64,000 bases of DNA from a virus, in the IMG/VR virus record IMGVR_UViG_3300028800_000064, positions 33,241-97,240 of that record; one strand, given 5' to 3'. Below are positions 10,231-18,443 of the stretch, piece by piece. Under the pieces are notes generated by a model. It saw only the letters and a list, made by a program, of their open reading frames with translations, did no database searches and was not told the DNA's origin. Made by a program: the position numbers and the translations under genes. Each line of letters starts with the position of its first letter. The first letter of the stretch is position 1.

Positions 10231-10260
10231 TTGACGAAGTCAACAGGAGTCTGATACCAT
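10231..10260 (+). promoter_or_regulatory. Sigma70-like promoter, overlapping a divergent one
   Basis: TTGACG-N18-TACCAT on +; TTGACT-N18-TACTAT on -. Confidence 0.5.
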
Positions 10261-10735
10261 GACAAACATGAGCGACGAGATCAAAGTTGTATACCGAGAT
10301 GTTGAGATTACGTACGTTGAATACTCCAATACATGGAGTTTCGAACTGCGCGGGCGGGAGAAAAACGTTCCATCGTTGCAAGCGGCCAAAGAGGAGATTG
10401 ATAAGCCGGAACCAGAGAAAAAGAAACCTTTCGTCAGGACCGAAGCATATATGTTCATTTCGGAGTTTTTCGATCCTGAGCGGTTGAACTCTTTTGAGAA
10501 GGTTCGCGTCACTTCGATAGCGGATACCGGTGTTGGCGTTCGAAAAAAAATGTGGGTGATCCGAGCGAACGGGCGGCGGGAGCAAGTATGCGCGAGCGAA
10601 TTGTTCATTATAAACCCGTCGAACCTAGAAATCATGCACGAGTATCATGTCGAGGCGAAGCATATCAACCGCCTGCGTAACGAACAGGACATGCGGCTGA
10701 AAAGTCTGACGCGGATTGAGATTCCCAATGAGTGA
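10259..10735 (+). CDS. Hypothetical protein
   Basis: 158-aa ORF overlapping the lysin start. Confidence 0.65.
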   Translation: MTNMSDEIKVVYRDVEITYVEYSNTWSFELRGREKNVPSLQAAKEEIDKPEPEKKKPFVRTEAYMFISEFFDPERLNSFEKVRVTSIADTGVGVRKKMWVIRANGRREQVCASELFIINPSNLEIMHEYHVEAKHINRLRNEQDMRLKSLTRIEIPNE

Positions 10736-11237
10736 GCCATGCACGGCCATTGCGATCACACTGGACCCCGCACACGAAGGCGGGTTTCAGGATAACCCGA
10801 ACGACCGCGCCAATTGGACTGGCGGCCAGGTCGGGGTGGGGCAGCTCGTCGGGACCAAATACGGAATCACCGCTTTGGATATGCCTGGGACCGACATCAA
10901 GAATTTGACGGTCGAGCAGGCCACGGCGTACTATTTGGAACACTACTGGAAGCCGCTCTACGCTCAGATCGAATCCCAGGCGATTGCGAATAAGCTTTTT
11001 GACATGGGCGTGTTGTTCGGGGTGGGCACGGCAGTGAAAAGGCTCCAGGAAGCTCTCGGGATTTCCGCCGACGGGGTTTTTGGACAAGGAACCTTGGAAG
11101 CGACGAATAGTATCCTCCCTTTTGTTTTGTTGGGGCGATTTAATCAAGAACTGCGTAATCACGCGATCTGTGTTGCTGCATCCAACCCATATGATGCCCA
11201 TGATCTAGCAGGATGGCTGCGAAGAATCGATTCGTAA
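10728..11237 (+). CDS. Endolysin, glycoside hydrolase family 108 with peptidoglycan-binding part
   Basis: HEGGFQDNPND..TKYGIT..YW..LFDMGV..LQEALGISADGVFG. Confidence 0.9.
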   Translation: MSEPCTAIAITLDPAHEGGFQDNPNDRANWTGGQVGVGQLVGTKYGITALDMPGTDIKNLTVEQATAYYLEHYWKPLYAQIESQAIANKLFDMGVLFGVGTAVKRLQEALGISADGVFGQGTLEATNSILPFVLLGRFNQELRNHAICVAASNPYDAHDLAGWLRRIDS

Positions 11238-11355
11238 AAAGGACTTTTCAAAGCATGCATAGAAGGACAAATTTGACCGAGTCGGCGCGGGACAAGGCTC
11301 ATCGCATCATTGGAGCCAATCAAATAAATACGCCGACATCCAGAATTGAGGGGCC

Positions 11356-11562
11356 ATGGCTGGGATACCGCGACTCTATACGTTTAAGTGCAAGCACGGG
11401 CATTTAATGGATCGCGAGTTTCCCCCAGGAACCTGCGAAGATGACGAAGACGAAACGGTATGCGAGGATTGTCTCAAAAATCATGCAGTGCAACCCGCGT
11501 ACGTTGTGTTCATTCGGTCCAAGCCCAGTGGAGAAAAACTGAATGGCCGCACAAACTCATAA
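11356..11562 (+). CDS. Small zinc-ribbon protein
   Basis: YTFKCKHGH..CEDC. Confidence 0.55.
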   Translation: MAGIPRLYTFKCKHGHLMDREFPPGTCEDDEDETVCEDCLKNHAVQPAYVVFIRSKPSGEKLNGRTNS

Positions 11563-11845
11563 GTACTACTGCCACTATTGCCGCCGATATCTGATTGACG
11601 GCAGCGTGGCAGCTCTCTCGAAGCGCGTAAACGGGCACAACAACGACATGCACCCGGCAGATTACGCAAACTGGACCCCCGAGACTATTTTGTTGTCCGC
11701 GCACTACGTTTCCCCCTCGACCGGTGACGAGACTATGGCTCCGATTGTTAAAGCTGCGGAAGGATGGGGTAGGAAGCCACCTGAGCCGAAGATCACCGAT
11801 GCAGATCGGGCGTTCCTTGCGAAAGGCGGAGTGCGATGGGATTGA
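11543..11845 (+). CDS. Hypothetical zinc-binding protein
   Basis: CHYC..H...H; GGAG RBS. Confidence 0.55.
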   Translation: MAAQTHKYYCHYCRRYLIDGSVAALSKRVNGHNNDMHPADYANWTPETILLSAHYVSPSTGDETMAPIVKAAEGWGRKPPEPKITDADRAFLAKGGVRWD

Positions 11846-11923
11846 AATTGTTCCTGGTGTGGATCGGAATCGTGTTGGCCGGTGGTCTCGTTGATCGCTG
11901 GTGCGCGATTTGGAGGAACTGGG

Positions 11924-12118
11924 ATGACGGCGACTGAAGAAAAACTTCTCGAATTGGGAAACGCTCTAGCTCGAAGCGTCGGTCACGTCGCGGGGTCTGG
12001 CTGCCCAAAAATGTCTCCCGTGATTCCCTGCACTTGCGGCTCTGGAGCGGAACAAGCTCAGGCCCTGCACGATTGGTGGCATCTTTCGCGGGAGATGCAG
12101 GCTAAAAAAATCTCTTGA
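11924..12118 (+). CDS. Hypothetical protein
   Basis: GGAGG RBS; H..C..CTC. Confidence 0.5.
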   Translation: MTATEEKLLELGNALARSVGHVAGSGCPKMSPVIPCTCGSGAEQAQALHDWWHLSREMQAKKIS

Positions 12119-12143
12119 CAAAGTTGCCGGGCCGTTGTAAGCT
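12115..12143 (+). promoter_or_regulatory. Sigma70-like promoter
   Basis: TTGACA-N17-TAAGCT. Confidence 0.6.
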
Positions 12144-12284
12144 CGCCTTGAGAGGTGCCTTATGCGAAATCGCTAATCTCTGACCTCATAGACAGATGAG
12201 ACAACCTAAAAGAGAAGCACGACAGCGGGGCCTTGGAGGGGTTAAACCCAATGAAGAGGTCCCGCTAATAGTTTGGAGCCGAGC

Positions 12285-12878
12285 ATGACTCACGATCTTT
12301 TTTCGCCCGATCACTTCGCGCAGAAAACCTGGGAGCGCGTGCGTAACGCGAAGCCCGCAGATTTTGAACCGTGGGAAGAGGCGCGCGAACGCTACATCGC
12401 CGAGAAGGTGCAGCCGCTGCTTGCCATGTACAGGCAGGGTGACCATGATTGGTTCCGCGATTTCAATCGGCGGCGCGGGCAGTGCATGCATGCCAGCGAT
12501 TTGATCTTGCGATTGCAGAGGTTGAATCCCAACATCTCAGTGCAGTTTCAAATCAACTTCCCGGACGACTGGGGCTTGTATGCAGCTTCTCTTGGCCGCG
12601 TGCAGTTTCTCACCGGTTTCCCGAAAGGCTGGTTGACCGAATTCTCATACGCCATGGTGGATGAGCGCGATCTGCCCACCGAAGAACGCAGGGGGTGGCG
12701 CACGGTCCTCATCTACTGCTTGATGAAAGGTGCCATCACCTGGAAGCAGGTGGTTGCAGAGTTCGGCGAACCGAACGATGCGTGGAACGAGATGCGCTGG
12801 CAGGAAGTGACTGCTGACTTCCGGCACGGCGGAGATGAGATTGTGCAGCGGAATATTGCGAACGTAGTCCAGCTCTGA
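12285..12878 (+). CDS. Hypothetical protein
   Basis: GGAG RBS; 197-aa ORF. Confidence 0.7.
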   Translation: MTHDLFSPDHFAQKTWERVRNAKPADFEPWEEARERYIAEKVQPLLAMYRQGDHDWFRDFNRRRGQCMHASDLILRLQRLNPNISVQFQINFPDDWGLYAASLGRVQFLTGFPKGWLTEFSYAMVDERDLPTEERRGWRTVLIYCLMKGAITWKQVVAEFGEPNDAWNEMRWQEVTADFRHGGDEIVQRNIANVVQL

Positions 12879-12968
12879 ACCCCCAGTTGCTGAAAACTTG
12901 TTACAGTTTTTGACTAATCTCCCCATAGGTGTAGAGTATTCAGTGTGAGCCTTTTGAGGAGTAGTCAA

Positions 12969-13469
12969 ATGCCAAATGAGCATGACGCCAACCGTAGTTC
13001 TGCCCTTTCGCCGGAAGCTCTGGCGATGATTAACACTGCCACGGCGCAAGCTGTTCAGGCCGCCGTGAAGAGTGTCTTCGAAAATCTGGGACCCGTCCTC
13101 AAGGATATGGCGATCACCCCCGAAAAGTTGCGGGAAGCCAACAAGCCGTACGAGGACCCTGCCAAGATCGCCCGCGAGATGCGCGAGTCGCTGAAGTCGA
13201 AGGCGGATGAAGCCGAAATCCAGAAGATGAATAACGCGCGCAAGGCCGCGTGCCCGCACCTGGACAAGAACGGTCGCTCTGCCATCTGCTTGGTTCACAA
13301 TCAGCCGGATCATCAAGCGCGCGGCGTATGCGTGGTTTGCGGCGATTGGATTCACCCGAAGGAATGGCGCATCGGAGTACCTGATGAGAAGAATCCGCGT
13401 GGCCGGGCCTACTTGGTCGAGCCGCACAAAGATTACCGAATAGTTTTGCAGCTGGAGTCCATGAACTAA
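12969..13469 (+). CDS. Hypothetical protein with C-terminal zinc finger
   Basis: GAGGAG RBS; CPH..CVVC. Confidence 0.7.
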   Translation: MPNEHDANRSSALSPEALAMINTATAQAVQAAVKSVFENLGPVLKDMAITPEKLREANKPYEDPAKIAREMRESLKSKADEAEIQKMNNARKAACPHLDKNGRSAICLVHNQPDHQARGVCVVCGDWIHPKEWRIGVPDEKNPRGRAYLVEPHKDYRIVLQLESMN

Positions 13470-13532
13470 GTGTAGTACTTTCTGATCGACGGGGCGCAGT
13501 GATTGCCCCGAGCAGTTAAAAAAGGAGCGATC

Positions 13533-13790
13533 ATGCAAAATGATTTGGTTTTCTCTGTAGTTGAGATCAAAGCCCTGGGGTCCGGTCTCGGTCGTCGTCT
13601 CTCTGTCCGTTTAGACGGAGATTGGCTGGACCGCGCCTCATGTAATTCGCAGGGTGCCCCTCAACCTGCCGCATATACTATTCATGCGGTCTTGCCTTAT
13701 TCTCCAGAATATGGTACACTTCAAATTGGTCAACGCTTTGGGTTGGTTTCTGTTCCATTTCCTGAAATCGGAGAGGCAGGTTCGCGATGA
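13533..13790 (+). CDS. Hypothetical protein
   Basis: AGGAG RBS; overlaps the glycosyltransferase start. Confidence 0.5.
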   Translation: MQNDLVFSVVEIKALGSGLGRRLSVRLDGDWLDRASCNSQGAPQPAAYTIHAVLPYSPEYGTLQIGQRFGLVSVPFPEIGEAGSR

Positions 13791-14560
13791 GTGCTAAACC
13801 GAACGGCATAGTATTGTTAGTCCCTACGAGCGGACGCAACGTCTGCATCGAATGGGCAGCCGCGATTTCTTCACTGAGCTATCCCGTAGGGATGAACCAT
13901 TATCTCTACATCAGCAAAGCCGACCCAACCGGTGGTCACACCCGCGCTGAACAGCGCGAGATGCTGGCGGATATGGCGTTGAAGATCAACGCTGAATTTA
14001 TGATGTGGATCGACGATGATACGATCCCCCCGGCGACTGCCGTCCAAGAACTGTGCTACGTGCTGGCGCAGAATCCGAAAGCCGCGATTTGCGGTGGCAT
14101 CTACTGCACCAAGGGTCATCCGACCGAACCCATCGTGTTTTTGGAACTGGGCGGAGGACCACACTGGCTCTGGACCATGGGCGACATTTTCAAATGCGCC
14201 GGTCTTGGGACCGGATGCATGATGGTTCGGACCAGCGTTTTGAAGGAACTTTCCAAGCCGTGGTTTCAGGACATCGCGAAGGCCACGCTTGGTGAAACCG
14301 AAACGCGCAACGGGGAGACGATCAACGTTGCCGCTCGGACGGGCACGGACGATCTATATTTCTGCAAGAAAGTTGCAGAGGCCGGGTACGACATCATTGC
14401 GCATGGCGGCGTCCTGCCGGTTCATGTGGACTACACCAACAACGAAAACGTTCCCTACAAGCTTCCGAAGAACTCCTACCCCGTAACCAGCTACGCTGAG
14501 AAGCTTGCCGCACTCAACGCTACGCTGCCGCCCGACAAACAGAGGATTCTGCTGCCATGA
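13787..14560 (+). CDS. Glycosyltransferase, GT-A fold (family 2-like)
   Basis: MWIDDD (DxD), GLGTGCMMV, DDLYFC..AGYDI..H. Confidence 0.85.
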   Translation: MSAKPNGIVLLVPTSGRNVCIEWAAAISSLSYPVGMNHYLYISKADPTGGHTRAEQREMLADMALKINAEFMMWIDDDTIPPATAVQELCYVLAQNPKAAICGGIYCTKGHPTEPIVFLELGGGPHWLWTMGDIFKCAGLGTGCMMVRTSVLKELSKPWFQDIAKATLGETETRNGETINVAARTGTDDLYFCKKVAEAGYDIIAHGGVLPVHVDYTNNENVPYKLPKNSYPVTSYAEKLAALNATLPPDKQRILLP

Positions 14561-15444
14561 CTGATCTCGTAATCGGATTCGCCGCTAACTACGATTGGCC
14601 AGCGTTGGAACCGTTTGCTGTTTCTCTTGCCCGCTCAGGCTACACGGGCAAGAAAGTGTTGTTTGCGCAGAAGCTTACCGCAGAGGCCTGCGAGCATTTG
14701 CAAGAGCTGGGGTTTGAATTGCTGCCCCTGCCGGTTTTGGATTACTCCGACGCGCAACTACCGCTTGGGAGTTTTTTTGCTTACGTCGCGCGCTTTCTTC
14801 TCATTCATCGATACCTGTACGACCATCCGCAATACCGTTTTGTTGTTACCTGTGACGCCCGCGATGTGATTTTTCAGTCAGACCCGATGGTCTGGCTGGA
14901 GAAGAATATCGGAGACGCGGGGTTGGTCGCTGCGTCCGAATATATCTATCACTGGGCGCAACAAGGAAACACGGCCTGGGTGAAAGCTGGCTTCCAGGAA
15001 GTTGATTCGTGGATGATGTCGCAGATTGTGTACTGTTCTGGTTTCATTTCTGGCAGGGCAGAGTACATGAAAGACCTTTGTCTGGCGATCTATCTGATAG
15101 GGCGGCATCTGACGGGGAAAATCTGGGGCGCGGACCAGCCTGCTTATAACGCGATTATGCACCAAAAGCCCTACGCCGACATAACCTTGGTTCCAACCAT
15201 CGATCAGGGCTACTGTTTCAATCTTTGTGTTGTGGCCTTCGAAGAGTATCGCCAAAGCTTGTTGGAATCCCCGCCCCCGCTGGTTTATGGCTCTACCCGA
15301 ACAGACGGAGTGAACCCGCCAAATATGTGGGATTATGATCTGGCCGATCTGAAACAGTTTGCGGTGCTGCACCAGTACGACCGTATGCCAGAACTCACCC
15401 AGCAGATTCGTTCGGAATATCGACTAGCCACTGTCGCCAAATAA
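14557..15444 (+). CDS. Glycosyltransferase-like protein, GT-A fold
   Basis: CDARDVIFQSDP, CSGFISG, DQPAYN, VLHQYDR. Confidence 0.8.
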   Translation: MTDLVIGFAANYDWPALEPFAVSLARSGYTGKKVLFAQKLTAEACEHLQELGFELLPLPVLDYSDAQLPLGSFFAYVARFLLIHRYLYDHPQYRFVVTCDARDVIFQSDPMVWLEKNIGDAGLVAASEYIYHWAQQGNTAWVKAGFQEVDSWMMSQIVYCSGFISGRAEYMKDLCLAIYLIGRHLTGKIWGADQPAYNAIMHQKPYADITLVPTIDQGYCFNLCVVAFEEYRQSLLESPPPLVYGSTRTDGVNPPNMWDYDLADLKQFAVLHQYDRMPELTQQIRSEYRLATVAK

Positions 15445-15521
15445 GTTTTAGACTTGTCCCTCTATAGTAGGTGGTCACTACGACGCCCTGCAGGGTCCCT
15501 GCAGATTAAGAGGAAAACATC

Positions 15522-16490
15522 ATGGCACAAATTCTTAGTTCTCGCGGGTACGATTCGTCCTACCGTGGATCGAATGCCCCTGGCGCGTTTTATCAGATTT
15601 TGACTTCCGACTTCGGTGAGCCTGCTCCCGGAGCCCCGACGCTGACGGTGCGCACCGCTTCCGGAACCATCACTTCCACCACATCCAACATCAAGTTGAC
15701 TTGGATTACGGCGGAAGGCGTTTCGCTCCCGTCCACCAATACCGGCATTACGGTGAACTCGGCTGACGGCGGCGTGTCTATCGTCATCCCCACTGCTCCG
15801 ACTACCGGAGCCCCGGTCATCGGGTACCAGATTTATTCGCAAGGTTCGACCGGCGCGCCTCTTTTGAATACCGCTGGCATCGTTCCCGCGCCTCAGACGT
15901 TCCAAACCACAAGCGGCCCGGTGATTGGGTTCCCGATCACGTCCACCACTGTGTTTCAGAACAGCTTTGGTACGGGTGCGGGCGTTCCTCTCGTGGACCA
16001 ATCGGGTATTCAGCCTGCGCTGCCTTCGGTTTCGGCAGCTTCTGCTTCCGCGAGCGGCACCGCCGATTACGATTTCATCGTGCCCAACTCTGGGTCTCAG
16101 TGGAAGACGTACAAGTCCGTTGGATACATGAAGCCCTCGGGTGTTGCAGAAACGCCGGGCCTCTCCATGGTCGCGAACTTGGATTGTCTCGCCCCGCTCT
16201 ATCCAGGTGCGACCCCAGGCACCAGCACCTACACGCAAGTGTCGGTGACACCAGGGACCTACATGGTGATGAATGGAAACCTGTTCATCTCCACATCCGC
16301 GACCGCAAACATCGCTGCCACTTTCATCGGCGGCGCAGCGTTCGCAGTCACCAAGGGCACGTCTGTAACAGACGGTTCCGTGACATGGCTGTGTCTCGGT
16401 AAGGCTGTCCTTGTCCGCGCTCACTTTATCAACAACGGCAGCAACGCACAGACACCTGTGCAGCAAGAGACCGACATTTTCCAGTTCTAA
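15522..16490 (+). CDS. Virion structural protein (beta-rich)
   Basis: T/S/G-rich; VTDGSVTW motif shared with the large tail protein; strong RBS. Confidence 0.65.
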   Translation: MAQILSSRGYDSSYRGSNAPGAFYQILTSDFGEPAPGAPTLTVRTASGTITSTTSNIKLTWITAEGVSLPSTNTGITVNSADGGVSIVIPTAPTTGAPVIGYQIYSQGSTGAPLLNTAGIVPAPQTFQTTSGPVIGFPITSTTVFQNSFGTGAGVPLVDQSGIQPALPSVSAASASASGTADYDFIVPNSGSQWKTYKSVGYMKPSGVAETPGLSMVANLDCLAPLYPGATPGTSTYTQVSVTPGTYMVMNGNLFISTSATANIAATFIGGAAFAVTKGTSVTDGSVTWLCLGKAVLVRAHFINNGSNAQTPVQQETDIFQF

Positions 16491-16577
16491 TTTTCCATAG
16501 GGGCGTCTGGGTCGCTTCGGCGATCCGGCTCCTGCCAATTTTCGAAAGTAGTCAAATCACCGTTTGGAGGCAAGGCA

Positions 16578-16892
16578 ATGAGCACATCACCCGAAGCACC
16601 CGTGGCGACACCAGCCGCCCCGGCAGCACCAAAGACTGCGATTCAGATTATCGAGCAAGAGTTGGCCAATTTCATTCAGCAACACGCACAGGCCATTTCC
16701 AAGGTTCACGCAATCGAAGGCGCAATTCAGGGAGCCCAGCATCTGTTGGGCAAGTTGAAGGCCGAAGCTGCCAAGGCGGAAGCTGCAACGAAAGCTGCAG
16801 TGTCTGACTTGGAAAAAGAGGCGGGTCAGGTCGAAAACGACGTGAAGACCGAAGCGAGCAAGGTCACGGAGTTCGTAAAAAAGGAATTGTAA
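16578..16892 (+). CDS. Small coiled-coil protein
   Basis: GGAGG RBS; Ala/Lys/Glu-rich helix. Confidence 0.65.
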   Translation: MSTSPEAPVATPAAPAAPKTAIQIIEQELANFIQQHAQAISKVHAIEGAIQGAQHLLGKLKAEAAKAEAATKAAVSDLEKEAGQVENDVKTEASKVTEFVKKEL

Positions 16893-16937
16893 TTGATCTT
16901 CCAGAGATGCCTGCTCACATCACTGGATGCTCCGAAC

Positions 16938-16980
16938 ACGCCCTGTTTCTCCTCATAAGAGGGACAGGGCGTTTCTATTT
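16938..16980 (+). terminator. Rho-independent terminator
   Basis: ACGCCCTGT/ACAGGGCGT stem followed by a T-rich tail. Confidence 0.7.
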
Positions 16981-17001
16981 CCTGAGTAGATCGAGAAGAT
17001 C

Positions 17002-18414
17002 ATGGCAAATTTCAATCTTGTTCCGAACGTGAATCAGACGACCACCATCCAAGCGATGGCGGATCAACTGAAAATTCACACGAAGCTCCAGAATTTTTTC
17101 AACGTTGGCGGGATCGACGGCCAGCCCATGCTTCGGCTGTGCGACAATGTCCAGCAGATGCTGTTGACGCGGCGCATGGGTTGGAAGTTCAACCGGGTGA
17201 ATTTGGGAAGCAACAATCCTGCGGTCAACCCGCACTTTTTCGTGAGCCAGCAAGGCTTTCAGGACTTTCATCATGCTGGGGCATCGTGTTTCGCGCTCAT
17301 CAATAGCGTCACGCCAGGCGGTCAACTTCCCGCAGGTGGGGCGGGCGTGGATTTGAACCCCGGCACGTATCAGAATGGCAACGCGCGCGTCAATTATGGT
17401 CCGTTCAATGGCGGCAATTCCTACGGGCCGACTGGGAACTGGCAAACCGCTGGAATCATCTTTGATCCGGTGGCCAACACTTTCACCGTGCAATTTCTCG
17501 ATCCTCACCCCTTTCAATCGGCGAACATTGGGTCGTCGCAGATGCTGATCGCCGGTGTGGTGAATCCCGCGTACAACAGCACGTTCACATACAACCAGCT
17601 CACGCAAACCAGCCAGTGGATCAACAGCTACACGCTGATCGCCATCCCAGACAACTTCCATATCGTTCTGGCAGGCACGCCAGGGCAGTTCGGCTTTGTC
17701 GGAAGCATCTCCGCCAGCGGCAGCATTACAACGATCACGATGCCAAACGCGATGAGCCCCGGCGACATTATGACGTTCACAGGGATCACCACGAACTCCG
17801 CGCTGAACGGCAAGACGGTTACGCTGCTAACGGCTACAGCGTCCTCGATCACTTTCACGACTCCGACAGGCGTCACAATTACAAACGGAGCTGACACAGG
17901 AACAGTGTATGCAGCCCCATCGGGCGCGCCGGGCATCTGGAACATGGGCTGGGTCGAAGCCGCCGCGACCGCGGATATCAACAACCCCAGCTTTCCTCTG
18001 CCCGTCACGCCTATCAATGCTGTGCATCGGATCGCGCCCGAGTACACATCCACGGGCGATGCGTTGAATCTATCTTGTGAGATCGACTACGGTAACGGGG
18101 TGGTGAAATTCCGAACTTCGGAGCCAGTCAGCACGTACCCGTATGCGTTTAACGTGGTGTACCAGGCCAAGTCGCCGAAGTTCACCAGCGGTCAGAATGT
18201 GTTTCAGTGGCCGGATGACCTGTCCTACGTTTTGTTCGAAATGCTGTTGTGGCAGGGCATGCGCTTTGCGTACGGAATCACCTCGACCGAAACACAAGCG
18301 CAAATGCAAGCGGCGATGATGGCAGTTCAAGCGGCCATGGCGTCCGAGGATCGCGAGGATAATATCCAATCTTTGACGCCGAACTTCACGCTGATGGGTG
18401 GCCCGACCGGATAA
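17002..18414 (+). CDS. Virion protein, probable head-tail adaptor with inserted beta domains
   Basis: Helical termini around T/G-rich inserts; position ahead of fibre and nozzle-like genes. Confidence 0.55.
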   Translation: MANFNLVPNVNQTTTIQAMADQLKIHTKLQNFFNVGGIDGQPMLRLCDNVQQMLLTRRMGWKFNRVNLGSNNPAVNPHFFVSQQGFQDFHHAGASCFALINSVTPGGQLPAGGAGVDLNPGTYQNGNARVNYGPFNGGNSYGPTGNWQTAGIIFDPVANTFTVQFLDPHPFQSANIGSSQMLIAGVVNPAYNSTFTYNQLTQTSQWINSYTLIAIPDNFHIVLAGTPGQFGFVGSISASGSITTITMPNAMSPGDIMTFTGITTNSALNGKTVTLLTATASSITFTTPTGVTITNGADTGTVYAAPSGAPGIWNMGWVEAAATADINNPSFPLPVTPINAVHRIAPEYTSTGDALNLSCEIDYGNGVVKFRTSEPVSTYPYAFNVVYQAKSPKFTSGQNVFQWPDDLSYVLFEMLLWQGMRFAYGITSTETQAQMQAAMMAVQAAMASEDREDNIQSLTPNFTLMGGPTG

Positions 18415-18443
18415 AGACTTCGGGCACCTAAGTAGGGATACCC

